Source: Octopus sinensis (Eukaryota). Taken from it: 64,000 nt of DNA. The notes beneath the pieces were generated by a model, which saw nothing but the letters and a program-made list of their open reading frames with translations, was not told the DNA's origin and made no database searches. Shown piece after piece: positions 12,950 through 26,342 of this stretch; positions within the stretch are counted from its first letter, which is position 1, and each line of letters starts with the position of its first letter. The position numbers and the translations under genes were made by a program. The stretch spans positions 193,316,001 to 193,380,000 of the forward strand of contig NC_042997.1 in NCBI RefSeq assembly GCF_006345805.1, read 5' to 3'.

Positions 12950-14919
12950 CACAAAATAAGTTAGGGGTTATGGGCGCAACCCACTAAGGGATAGTATTTA
13001 TCCAATATACTGTTGGTAAAGTACCCAAATTCTTAATACATAAATGTTTTTAATTGCAATGCAATTAACTTATTATATTAAACGGGTGAAGGTAAAAAAA
13101 TATTTTACTATTAATTTATAATACAAATAAGAAAATGGAGAAACAATTTAGTTTGTTCATCAACTTTTGGATATTAGAATGTTGACTTATTTATTCATTT
13201 AACGAAATGAGAACCTTAATAGCATATATATCATCATCATCATCATCATTATATATATATACTCACACACACACCAGCATGGAAGGAGGATGTTGATGAT
13301 ATACATATATATACACACACACATATAATGGTCTCCTTTCAGCTTCTATCTACCATATCCACTCACATGACTTTGGTCAGCTTGAGACTATAGAAGACAC
13401 TTGCCTAAGATGCCATGTGGTGAGAGTGAACCTGGAACCGGCCACTGGGAAACAAGCTTCTTCCTGCACAACCATGCTTGCACCTATTGTATGCAAGCAC
13501 GAAAAAGTAGATACAAAACTGGGGGGGAAATGAATATTTTTTTTTTAACCCTTCCAACATAAACTGGCCAGCAGTGTTTATAGCTAAATTAAAATCTCAA
13601 ATGAAATATCATTATAAAATGAATGATGCAGTGAGACTCCAGCTGGTCAACACCAGTGTAACATACCAAAGCTTTGATTATATTGAAAACTCATGAAAAT
13701 ATTCTGTATATTGTAGAAGTATAACCATCATCGTTTAACCTCTGCCTTTCCATGCTGGCATGGGCCGGACAGTTTGACAGGAGCCAGCCAGGCAAGAACC
13801 TGTACCAGATTTCTGTGTCTGTTTTGACAGATTTTATGGCAGGATGCCCTTCCTAACATTAACCACCCACCCAGCAGAGTGAACCCGAGTGCTTTTTATG
13901 TGGCACAAACAGAGCTGAGGTCAGTTTTGGTAAGGTTTTTACAGCTGGATGCCTTTCCAAATGCCAATCACTTTACAGTATGGACTGGATGCTTTTTATG
14001 TGGCATCAGTATTGACAGGGTCACCAAGTAACGTGCAAAACAAAAACCCTTTGAGAGGGGTCATTGGATAACGAATCAAATTTGATACAGACCCTGGCTG
14101 AGAACGACTGGTTTACATATACCCTGAGGAAAAAATCTGGAAAAGTTGCTTTCTAAATGAATGCTCACCTAGCACTGAATTCTCCTCATATATATAGAAT
14201 AATGCTTATTGATTCACATTGATTTGAATTAATCATGCATTATCTCATATCTTCAAGATCTTGATGGTGTAATTACTTAATGTAGAATAACATTGTAGGG
14301 TAGATGTGAGGGCCTAGATCTGGTCAGTTTAAACATAAAACAGATTAAATATTTTGGCCGGATATGGCCGGTTTAAATACTAAAGGGTTAACCCTTTCAT
14401 TACTGTATTTATTTTGAGATGCTCTATGTTTCTTTCAATTATCTTAAAAATAAAGAATTTATCAAAATAACTTAGTTATCATTCAGCTAGTGTTAGGAAC
14501 ATAAATTGTGACTAAGGTTTAGTGGAAGATTTTAATTCAAAACTTATGAAAACAAGACATTTGCACTCAGATCCAGAGCCGGTTTCAGCCGGGTTGGTAA
14601 CAAAAGGGTTAAAACAAGTTCAAAATCCACTGAAGTTGACTTCATCTTTCATCTCTCAGAAATGAAATCATCACCAATCAATTACTAGTTCAAATCAACT
14701 GACTATAAACTGCCACTAAAAATGTTTGGCCTTGGGCTAAACAATATAAAATATCTAAACATAATAGTTGCCAAACGGTTTTTAATACTTTTCAGCTGCC
14801 ATCACGAAGTCAAGACTTGTGAATGCAGGCATTATTAAGTAAGCACAAAGCAGCTGCCATCTTCATATTTATACACATATCCATGGACAATTAAAATATA
14901 GATACCAAACTTAAAAATC

Positions 14920-14977
14920 ACGTCTGTGGCTCAAGTTTTGAGTAAACAACGTCTGTGGCTCAAGTTTTGAGTAAACA
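14920..14977 (+). repeat. Perfect 29-bp tandem duplication
   Basis: acgtctgtggctcaagttttgagtaaaca twice. Confidence 0.95.
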
Positions 14978-15138
14978 GTGAGACATGGGTTTGGTAGTGC
15001 ATAAGATAGGAACAACTAAATACTTTTATATTTCTGTTACCTACCTAGAATAGCCACATAGTTAATATACTAGTACTGGAACATAGAGCTGTTGTAGACT
15101 GTTTGCCAACTATATTTGGTGAGATATATGTTCTAGTG

Positions 15139-15797
15139 CAGTGCTCTGCAACCAGTATGCAGCGGCAAAGTAGAGGTGCAATGGCATAGTGGTTAGGGCG
15201 GCAGACTCGCGGTCGTAAGAACGCGGTTTCGATTCCCAGACCAAGCATTGTGAGTGTTTATTGAGCAAAAACACCTAAGCTCCACGAGGCTCTGGCAGAG
15301 TGGTGATGGTGAATCCCGCTGTACTCTTTCACCACACTCTTTCTTCCTACTTCTGCCACAAAGCAGAGGAACCATGGTGTAACCCACTATGGTGTGGTAA
15401 ACTTTCAGACCCTAGTCTAGATTGCGAATCCTCTGTACCCCAGGATGGTTCAGCTCTCCACCCGTTAAAAGCTACCATTTACGGAATGAGGATAACAACG
15501 TAGCTTTCGTGCCTGTGCAACCGCCAGTCTATCGCGTGTGGTGGGTGGATCTTCAAGTTGCCACACGCATTTTTAGTAGCTTAGAGTAGGCTCGAATTAG
15601 AGATTATTCTTTGTGGTTAATGGCATTAAGTCCTGATTAGAAAGAAGAAGAGGAGCAGCAGCACACTGGTGCGCCTCAGTGTAACCTGAATATAATCTTT
15701 TTCCCTATACTTTTAGTTATATTCTTTTCAAAATTTGGTGGCACACCTGAACTAAAAATATAAGTGTACTGCAAGTGAAAAAAGTTGCAGAGCACTG
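15139..15797. mobile_element. hAT-type MITE with nested SINE and retro-tail insertions
   Basis: Perfect 14-bp TIR cagtgctctgcaac / gttgcagagcactg. 8-bp TSD ttctagtg / ctctagtg. Confidence 0.8.
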
Positions 15798-15805
15798 CTC
15801 TAGTG

Positions 15806-16107
15806 CAGCAGTTCTCAATCATTCTTTTTTCTATCTATGGACTCCTTTGATTATTATTTTATTATGGTAGACCCTCATAACCATTTGATGGCTAAAAACT
15901 AGTTTTATAGATTCTTCTTTCAAAATTCTTATTTTGTCTATCACACATTCTCTTATGTAGGCTGAACTATGCAAAATGTTAAGAGAAAAAAACCTAGCTG
16001 GTTCTTGTAATAAATACATGTAAAGCAAAATTTTTCATAGACCCAATTTATTATTTTGCATGTGTGGATCCCACAAAATCTTATATGGACCCAGAAGGGA
16101 ACTACTG
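15806..16107. mobile_element. Second hAT-type (Charlie-like) MITE
   Basis: Termini cagcagttct / ggaactactg. 8-bp TSD ctctagtg / ctctaatg. Confidence 0.7.
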
Positions 16108-16878
16108 CTCTAATGTTACAGACAAATGCCAAAGAATCTCTATATAGAGAGCAGATATGTTTAACATGTAATCATGCACATCTAAAAATGTGCTCCAAAA
16201 GCATCTAAAAGTATACTCTCTTTTACTTGTTTCAGTCATTTGACTGTGACCATGCTGGAGCACTGCCTTTAGTCGAGCAAATTGACCCCCAGGACCTATT
16301 CTTTGTAAGCCTAGTACTTATTCTATTGATCCCTTGCCGAACCACTTGCTGAATGACAAATTTGGAGTGACAATCTGTCAAGGTAGATGCCAAACTAAAA
16401 AGCAACAGACGATTAGTTGCAAGACTTCCTTGTTGCATATGACAAGGACAAATCATAACAAGGGCACTGAGAGAGTGCAAACCTCTGCCAAGGTAACACC
16501 TATGTCATCTCAACGATTAGCTGGAGATGATTTTTAAAATGAGAATATCTGAAATAAACTCGACTGCTCTCACAAACAAGAATACTAAAAATGAACCCGA
16601 CCGCTCTCAAAAATTAAGCAAAAAATCTGAAAGGAGCCCATCGTATATATATATATATATATATACATGTGTGCGTTTGTCTGTGTTTATCCCTGCCAAC
16701 AGTGCTTATGTCACCGTAACTTAGCAGTTCAGCAAAAGAGACCAATAGAATAAGGACTAGGCTTACAAAGAATAAGTCATGGGGTCGATTTGCTCGACTA
16801 AAGGTGGTGCTCCTGCATGGCCAGTCAAATGACTGAAACAAGTAAACAGAGTATATATATATATATACATATACACAC

Positions 16879-16933
<55 letters not shown>

Positions 16934-17556
16934 CACACACACATATATATAGATATGTGTGACTGTTGTCACCCCCACACAGCTTGATAACAGTGTTGAT
17001 TTGTTTATGTCTCAGTAACTTAGTTCAGCAAAAGAGACCGGTAAAATAAGTACCAGTCTTAAAAGCAAAAAAATATCAAGTACTGAGATTAATTTGTTCA
17101 ACTAGAACTCTTTACCACACTGCCCCACCATGGCTGCAGTCCAATGACTGAAACAAGTAAAAGATAAAAAATGTATTAAAGCTACATGAGGAAGGTAGAT
17201 AACGTTTAAATCCATTTATAGTGTCTGGAAGATGGGGAAACAACTTACAATAATCCAATTATTGAAGCTGTAGTATGATGCGAGAATGTATGGTTGAAAC
17301 AATATGATGTGAGCATGTATGGTTAAAAGGGTATCAGAACAAAATCCCAAGGGGGCACTAATAAATATTTAAAATTTTTTTTATAAAATTTCACTTTCCT
17401 AAAATATTTTTTATTCTAAAGAAAGAACAACACCCGGGGGATATTGACTGGTGGGGATTTTGTCCGAGTACCAGGTAAAACATGATACTGTAGAAACTAT
17501 AAATGGTTTCTTGTTAGCTTGTAGGAAACTAAGATTTAGATAAACAACCTCATTAA

Positions 17557-17776
17557 CCCTTTCGTTACTGTATTTATTTTGAGATGCTCTGTGTTTCTTC
17601 CAATTATTTTAAATATAACAAAGAATTTAGTAAAATAACTTAGTTATCATTAAGCTAGTGTTAGGAACATAAATTGTGGCTAAGGTTTGGTGGAAGATTT
17701 TAATTCATAACTTACAAAAATAAGACATTTGTACTCAGAGCTAAGGCCGGTTTCAGCCAGGTTAGTAACGAAAGGG
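17557..17776 (+). mobile_element. piggyBac-type MITE family A (~210 bp); other copies 2807-3008, 11669-11873, 14392-14608, 24666-24872, degraded ~9199-9421
   Basis: TTAA-ccctttcgttac...gtaacgaaaggg-TTA(A) termini and a shared internal sequence. Confidence 0.85.
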
Positions 17777-18109
17777 TTACAATTAATTACTTCTGTTAGA
17801 TTGTTAGTTGTTTTAACCATCACAGTGAAGGCTATACTGGAGTATGGGTTTCAAAAGCAAGATATTGTGGTAATGGGAAAAAGAATACTGGAGGTTTCAC
17901 TACTCTTACTGTATTAGTATTACTGCCTGACTAGCCCTCATGCCAGTGGCACTTTAAAAGCACCCACTACACTCTGGGAGTGGTTGGCGTTAGGAAGGGC
18001 ATCTAGCTGTAGAAACTGCCAGATCAGATTGGAGTCTGGTGCAGCCATCTGGTTCGCCAGTCCTCAGTCAAATCGTCCAACCCATGCTAGCATGGAAAGC
18101 GGACATTAA

Positions 18110-19189
18110 CCCTTTCGTTACTATATTTCTGACCAAATTACACCCCTTATGTGTTTCAATTAATTTCTAACGTAATCATAAATTTAGTCTGGTTTCATTA
18201 AACAACTATAACTTTTTTATTTATCGATATATTAATCTGATTTTTGGAAGATAATTTAATGAAATATTCTCAACCAATTCTATACTATAATTTTTGTCAC
18301 AAAGTGACTATTTGCATGTAGATACAGGTAAATTCCACAAAATATAAAATTATTAAAATTTTGTTCAAACATCGCTATAGAAAATATTAGCTAATATTCA
18401 ATTGGGTATACAACAAAATTTTACGATAGAATTTGTTATTCTGGGTAACTTTCTGATACCCATAATAATATTTATGGCAAAATAGGCCTTAATTTCATTT
18501 AAGGTTGTGGGAAATAACAAACTATCCTTTCTTTCGTTTTGTTTACGTTTAGCGTAACGGTTCGTTTTCGCTGTAATGATTTCAAATAGGCTCATTCGAA
18601 AAAGTAAATAGAAATAGCCTAAGGCTTTACCCCTCTGGGAAAGTCTGTGGCTTGGTCCAGTTTCTGCAGAAAAATCACCGAAAGAAACAGTTTTTAAATT
18701 TTCACTCCATTCAGGTGCCAATTCGTTTTCTTTATCGCTATCGGAGATCTCAGATTCACTGTTTTCACTTTCGGAAAATGAAACATCAAATTCATTATCA
18801 AATACCATGTGCTTTTTTTTTTCAGTCATAGAGTTAGATTTATGAAGGTCTTCAGTAGAAAATCCTTCGAATTCAGACTCGCTGCTTGATATAATGAAAT
18901 TCGTATCCATTTTTTGTCAGAATTACAAATTTTGAAAACACAATAGGAACAAATTTCGGAAAAAAATCTCCCAAAATTCACGGAATTAAAATTACACTTC
19001 GATTATTGTACAAAACTGTAGTTGAACTGTTTACGAAGTATAATACGTGTTTTCACGAATGTACTGAAGAGATTTGCTCTGATATTCTCATTTAAATATG
19101 AATAGGTAAATTCGGGCGGCTTTGGGCGGTTTGGTTTCATAAACCAAAATTTATTTCGGGCGGCTTTGGGCGGTTTGCTAACGAAAGGG
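18110..19189 (-). mobile_element. Internally deleted piggyBac element
   Basis: TTAA duplications at 18106-18109 and 19190-19193. TIRs ccctttcgtta / taacgaaaggg. Subterminal direct repeat ttcgggcggctttgggcggttt twice. Splits an RTE tail at ggacaTTAA|acgatgatg. Confidence 0.92.
18398..18910 (-). pseudogene. Truncated piggyBac transposase N-terminus (PGBD-like, no DDD catalytic core)
   Basis: 170-aa ORF with an acidic N-terminus, then W...F...GP, YFYLLF, TNRYA, TTLNEIKAYFAINIIMGI..LP, typical of piggyBac transposases. Confidence 0.85.
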
Positions 19190-21626
19190 TTAAACGATGA
19201 TGATGATTAAGGTGAGATGACAGAATCGTTAGCACACCAAGCAAATGCTTAGAGGCATTTTGTCCCATCTAAACGTTCTGCCAAAGTCAACTTTGCTTTT
19301 CATCTTTTCAAGGTCAATAAAATAAACACCAAGAGTGTAATGGGTGCTTTTACATGCCACCGGCACGAGGGCCAGTCAGGCTGTACTGACAACAGCCACA
19401 CTCAAATGGTGTCTTTTACGTGCCACCTGCACAGGAGCTAGTCTAGTGGCACTGGCAACGACCTTGCTCAAATGTTTTTTCATGTGCCACCAGCACAAGT
19501 GCCAGTTAAGGCGACGCTGGTAACAATCATACTTAAATAGTGCTTTTGCCTACAGTAAAAAGGTTTATTATTATTATTATTACTACTACTACTACTACTA
19601 CGGCAGCAAGCTAGCAGAGTCGTCAGCATGCCAGGCAAAATGCTTAGCGGCATTTCGTCCGTCTTTACGTTCTGAGTTCAAATTCTGCCGAGGTTGATTT
19701 TGCCTTTCATCCTTTCGGGGTCGATAAAGTACCAGTTGAATACTGGGGTCAATGTAATCGACTTAACCCTTCCTCCCAAATTTCAGGCCTTGTGCCTATA
19801 GTAGAAAGGATTGACTATTATTATTATTATTATTAAGATGACAAACTGGTAGAAGTGTTAGTACACCAGACAAAATGCTTAGCAGCATTTCCTCAAGTTC
19901 AAATTCCACCTAGGTTGACTGCCTTTCATCCTTTCAGGGACAATAAAATAAGTACCAGTCAACTACTGTGGAGGTCGACATAATGGACTAGCCCTTCCCC
20001 ACAAAATTTCAGGCCTTATGTCTACAGTAGAAAGGATTATTATTATTATTATTAAGATGGTGAGCTGGCAGAATCATTAGCACGCTAGGCAAAATGCTTT
20101 GTGGCATTTCATCCGTCCTTCCAGCCCCAGTTCAAATTCTGCTCATGTTGATTTTGCCTTTCATCCTTTTGGGGGCCGATAAAATAAGTACCAGTTGAGT
20201 ACTGGGGTCGATTACATCGACTATCCCTTCCCCCAAAATCTTAGGCCTTGTACCTATAGAAGAAAGAATCATTATTTTAAGGGTATTTTATCCAATGCCC
20301 TAACAATCCTGCTGACCCACTGTTACTTGTAGGAAGACTACATAGAATAACAGGTTATGTTGGTCCCAGCAAATTACCTAGTCACACACTAAGAATACTT
20401 TTGTAAAATCGCTGTCTAAATGCATCAAGCCAAGTAAAATCGCTGTCTTCCACAAATATAGGCACAGGAGTGGCTGTGTGGTACGTAGCTTGCTTACCAA
20501 CCACATGGTCATGGGTTCAGTCCCACTGCGTGGCACCTTGGGCAAGTGTCTTCTACTATAGCCTTGTGAGTGAATTTGATAGATGGAAACTGGAAGAAGC
20601 CCGTCGTATATGTATATGTGTGTGTCCCCCCAACATCGCTTGACAACCGATGCTGGTGTGTTTATGTCCCCGTCACTTAGCAGTTTGGCAAAAGAGCCCG
20701 ATAGAATAAGCTCTGGGGGTTGATTTGCTCGACTAAAGGCGGTGCTCCAGCATGGCCGCAGTCAAATGACTGAAACAAGTAAAAGGAAATAAAAGAAAGG
20801 CTTGTCCTTTCAGGTGCTTGTGCTGTATAAATGTACTCATGCCAGTGCTGCGTAGGCAAACCGGTGCCTGTGGCACATAGAAGGAACCCAGCACAATCTA
20901 CGTGGTTGGCATTAGGAAGGGCATCCAGCTGTAGAAACCATGCCATGCCACATGCAAGCATGGAAAGCAGACATTAACCAATGATCATGATGGGACTTAT
21001 TAATAACTAGCACTATGACCCGGCAACGCGGGGTCATAGTGCTAGTGCATGCATATACAGCTGCATGTGTGCGCACATACACGCAAGTACTGTCCAAATC
21101 TCTGACCAATCATATACAGCTAGCTGGCATTCAATTGACGTAACTAGTTTCAGGCATTTTGATTGGGTTTTGGATAGAAAATTCACAAAAAAGTCACTTC
21201 TATTGATTTTTTAATGGCTTTGCGGGGTGGCTGGGGAAATGTAAAGATGTGCACAACCACCCTTGGATGGTTTTGAATGACCATAGAAAGTGCGAGCCCT
21301 CTAACTGAAAAATTGTGTATTTTATAAAGGACGGGCACACAGACAGACATTTTGCCGTTTGTATATATATATAGAGATAAAATTAGGTGTAGATTTAAGA
21401 GTGTCTATTAATGTACTGGTATAAAATAAATATATAAGATGCTGAAATGGCTTCATGTAACTTAATTCAGCATAATTTTAGATTACATATTTAATTACTC
21501 ACACATTAACAGTATCCCTAAAATTTATTCAAGAAACAGAACGCAAGCAATAATGAAAAGTAGTTAAATTGCTAATCTCCATTTTAATCCCTAACTGAAT
21601 AACACAGTTCAAACTACCCTGAACTA

Positions 21627-21842
21627 TGAGGGGCTGCTGAAAAGTACCTGGCTTTGGGTAAAAGAAAATACAGGAGGATCAGTTAATTACAATTTTATAC
21701 AACAGATTCCCCTCTCAGATTCACACATTTATTGCAATAGTCCTTCAGTTTTTCTAAGTCTCATAAAAGAACTTGAACAGTTGGGCCCCAAACCAGGCCT
21801 TTCACAATACCCTTAAAGTCAGGAACTTTTCAACACCCCTCA
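21627..21842. mobile_element. Mariner-derived MITE
   Basis: TA-tgaggggctgctgaaaagtacctg ... caggaacttttcaacacccctca, similar to the TIR of the 61.8-63.6 kb mariner. Confidence 0.75.
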
Positions 21843-22129
21843 CTTCAATTTCATATATACTTGTAAGCTGAAAGAAGCTTTCCCACAAACTGCACACTTT
21901 CACCAGAATTACCATTCAACCTTCAATGTTTCCAAATAAATAGAATACAAACAGATCCTTATTATCAACCATAGGAAGAGACAATGAAGAGCAAACCACA
22001 TTACAATGTTAAATCTGCTAAATCCAATGTCAGTGTCCCCTCAAGAATTCCAGCAACCTGAGACAAAAGGTTCTATTTGAACAAAATTACACAAGGCAAA
22101 ATTTAGGGCTGGTGTATAAAAATACTTAC

Positions 22130-22176
22130 TGAAACAATATTTCTGGCACGTAAATAACGATAGATTTGGGTTGGTT
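22130..22176 (-). CDS. SUZ12: SUZ12 second coding exon (47 nt, KPTQIYRYLRARNIVS)
   Basis: Minus strand reads ttttgcag|AA CCA ACC CAA ATC TAT CGT TAT TTA CGT GCC AGA AAT ATT GTT TCA|gtaagt. It is in frame with the previous exon and matches vertebrate KPTQIYRFLRTRNLIA. Confidence 0.95.
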
Positions 22177-22729
22177 CTGCAAAAATAAAAGCAAAGTTTT
22201 ACGATAAGAAAATAAAAATGCTAAACAAGATATAATAGCAACAAATTAAAATACAGTCATAGCAACAGAATGCAATTTGTACATTATCAGTTTAGTCCAA
22301 AACGACCTCCTTAAAAATTTTCCTCAATCCATCTTGGCAGATACTAGCATCGCCTGACTGGCGTCCGTGACACGTAAAAGCGCCAACCGATCGTGGCCGT
22401 TTGCCAGCCTGCTCTGGCTCCTATGCCGGTGGCACGTAAAAAACACCCACTACACTCATGGAGTGGTTGGCATTAGGAAGGGCATCCAGCTGTAGAAACA
22501 CTACCAAATCAGACTGGAGCCTGGTGCAGCCTCCATGGCTTACCAGACCCCGGTTGAACCGTACAACCCATGCTAGCATGGAAAACAGACGTTAAATGAT
22601 GATCTTGTAGAGGCAGTTGTGCCATTTATTTTCACTATATTCCCATAAATATATCCTTCCTCTCTTGCAAACAATATCTTTCATGTCTTTTAATGCAGTA
22701 AATTCATCTCAGTAAATCAAAAAGAACTA

Positions 22730-22822
22730 TTGGGTTGGTGCATAATTAACAACTGTTTTTTTTTATTCTAAAATTGTTGCAAATTAAATTATAAAACGGT
22801 CGTTAATTATGCACCAACTCAA
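22730..22822. mobile_element. Tiny mariner-type MITE (~93 bp)
   Basis: TIRs of ~29 bp, ttgggttggtgcataattaac / gttaattatgcaccaactcaa, with TA on both sides. Confidence 0.8.
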
Positions 22823-25800
22823 TATATCCATTTATTCCTAACTACTGCAGGTCTTATTTGTTACAAACCAATTGTCACTGAAGGAAATACCCGTGGCCTT
22901 GGTGATTAGGGTTTCTACTCATGATCACAAGATTGTAGTTTCAATTCCTAAACCAGATGGTGCACTATGTTCTTGAGTAAAACATTTCATTTCACAATGC
23001 CCCAGTCCACTCAGCTGTAAATAAGTAACCCTACCATGGACTGGTATCCTGTCCAGGGGAATGTTATGATCTTTAGTCACTGATACACCATGGAAACTAG
23101 CAACTGGGCCTAAGAATTCTAGGACTGAAGACAATAATGGCCAGGGGTCAAAGTTGATGACCTGTCAATGGTAGAATTGATAGAGTAGCAAATAAAATAA
23201 CATGAGGTTCCATGGTTACAACTTGCTGAGTTCCACTTTGTCCTTCAACCTTTCAGGATCAATAAAATAACTACCAATCATATGCATCATCATCATCGTT
23301 TAACGTCCGCTTTCCATGCTGGCATGGGTTGGACAGTTTGACTGAGGTCTGGAAAGCCAGCAGCTACACCATGCTCCGATCTTGATCTGGCGATGTTTCT
23401 ACAGCTGGATGCCCTTCCTAACGCCAACAACTCCAAGAGTGTAGTGGGTGCTTTTTACACATCACCAGCACAGGAGCCAGTCAGGTGGGCCTGGCATTGA
23501 ACACGTTCAGATAGTGCTTTTTACATGCCACTGGCATCAGCCACATTCAGATGGTGCTTTTTACAAGTCACCAACACTTGCTTCGATTTAATTGATTACA
23601 CACACCACCCACCTACATATGCAGCCTTGTGTCTTCGTTAAGAATCTATATTTACACAGAAATTCCAACATACCACTTTTCAGAAGCAACAGTACAGCAT
23701 GATCCAGTATTATAATTCGCTTTAATCTAGTTCTTAAATGTACTAGATAAGCAACATATAACAATTAATAATAGGTAACGCACAGCCTATTATTTTAATG
23801 AAGTTGAAAAGTTCATGGTTGGCAAAAATTATTGTTTGCTATTTTAGTCTGCATTATTTTAGTTTTGGACAAGGTTCTGCAGTCGAACCTTGATACACTG
23901 ACCTTTGTTTACATTAACCCTGTAACATTCAAACAAGCCATATCATCATCGTTTAACGTCCGTTTTCCATGCTAGCATGGGTTGGATGATTCGACCAGTG
24001 TCTGGGAAGCCAGGAGGCTGCACCAGGCTCCAGTCTGATCTGGCAGTGTTTCCACAGCAGGATGCCCTTCCTAACGCCAACCACTCCATGAGTATAGTGG
24101 GTGCTTTTTACATGCGAGGGGAGGCTGGCAACGGCCACGATCGGTTGGTGCTTTTTACGTGCCACCAGCACAGAAGCCAGTCAAGGCAGCACTGGCATCG
24201 ACCACGTTCGGATGGTGCTTTTTACATGCCACTGACACAGGTATCACAAATATTCTATGTGCTCTATGTATGAACTGGCTAGATCTATCCTCTCACACCT
24301 GCCCTACAATGTCATTCTAAAAGTAAACAATCATCCTGCTAAAATCTCAAAGCTACAAGCTAAAGCATGATTAATTCAAAATAATGTGAATTAATAAGAA
24401 TTACATTTGACAGAAAATCTGAATGCTAAAGGGTTAAACATCAACCAAAGAGACTATATTGATTATCCAATAATTTGGCTCTGATAATTTAGTCTATTAA
24501 TGGATTCACAAAGCATTCGATTCCACTGTTTATCTAAACTGATTCCTTTCATCATCTTCAGTAACTATTAATTTCAACTCTCAAATTCATCTCTACTTAA
24601 CAGTTACAAATTGAGCGTGAATGCTTAGAGCAGTGATTCTCAAGCAAGAAGCATCAGTACCTTAACCCTTTCCTTACCAACCCAGCTGAAACCGGCTCTG
24701 GTTCTGAATACAAATGTCTTGTTTTCATAAGTTTTCAATTAAAATCTTGTTCCAATTTATGTTCCTAACATTAGCTTAATGGTAACCGAGTGATTTTACT
24801 AAATTCTTTCTTATATTTAAAATAATTGAAAGAAACACAGAGCATCTCAAAATAAATACAGTAACGAAAGGGTTAAGCAAAGTGTCTTCTATAGTTGTAA
24901 GCTAACCAAAACCTTACAAGTGGAACTGGTACACAGAAACCTAAAGTAGGCATTGTGTGTATGTGTGTGTGAGTGTCTCCTTGTCTTGGCACTACTTGAC
25001 ACTTCTAAATGCACGCCACCATCACACAAGCACTGATTTTTCTTAGCATTCTTCCAAGGAACATGTCCAACCATTGAGAAATGTTATTTTACTTGGAAAC
25101 AAGTCAGGGTTGGCAAAAGGAAGGGCATCCAGTTGTTGAAAATTTGCCTCAAATTCCATCTGATCCATAAAAAGCATGGAAAAATGGACATTAAAATGTT
25201 GATGATGATATATCATACAAACTACTAATTGACACTAGACAAAACTATAAAATTATGGAGATGTACTTGCATAGCAAGTGACCTGATCTGAGATTGTGTG
25301 CTGGAAAGAAAACAAGTGCAGCGTGGAAGGTGTTTATAAGTCATTTAAGAAACACACAAAATCTGTTAGATTCACTTTTGTCAGTGAACAGGTCGTGGTC
25401 TCAAAGCAACGAAAATATTTTGACAAATTAAATTTAAATGTTGAAGTGAATCTAACGGATTTTGTGTGTTTCTTAAATGGCTTATTAACACCTTCTACAC
25501 TGCAAAACTATAAAAGCAATCCCAAATTAGCACTTTACACACAAATATGCAGTGGCTGTGTGGTAAGTAGCTTGTTTACCAACCACATGGTTCCTGGTTC
25601 AGTCCCACTGCGTGGCACCTTGGGCAAGTGTCTTCTACTATAGCCTCGGGCCGACCAAAGCCTTGTGAGTGGATTTGGTAGACGGAAACTGAAAAGAAGC
25701 CTGTCGTATATATGTATATATATATATGCGTGTGTGTGTTTGTCCCCCTAGCATTGCTTGACAACCGATGCTGGTGTGTTTATGTCCCCGTTACTTAGCG

Positions 25801-26342
25801 GTTCGGCAAAAAGAGACCGATAGAATAAGTACTGGGCTTACAAAAGAATAAGTCTTGGGGTCGAGTTGCTCGATTAAAGGCGGTGCTCCAGCATGGCTGC
25901 AGTCAAATGACTGAAACAAGTAAAAGAGTAAAGAGTATTACGAAAATACTTCACAGAGTGATGACCATGTCCTGCATAGTTATATGTTGCCATTTAGCAA
26001 TGCAAATAGCACCCATTCAGCCACCCTGCCAGGAATATGATGAAGTTACAGGACTGCAGCATGACAGATTGTGAAGAGGTAGTGGAAGATCTCATCTGAG
26101 CCAATGGTGCTTCTTACATTGATGGTCAGCATCACCAAGCTCTGTCAAAAATGTAACTGTAATGTATTCATAGGGGTTGCATCCATGGTTGTGTAATCAG
26201 CTAATTAAGGATTCACTATGACTCAAGCTCCCAATTTAGATTCATAATAATGGAATTGGATGGCGACAGAGAGTCATGGGAATTTGTGACAGTAGTGGAA
26301 AAAAGACTTTACTTCGGACTTAATCCATTTAGAACTATTCAA

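Noticed and set aside
15173-15245. tRNA gene (also 50390-50462)
   Set aside because: A and B boxes are present but the cloverleaf is poor, and the sequence continues into a shared SINE body.
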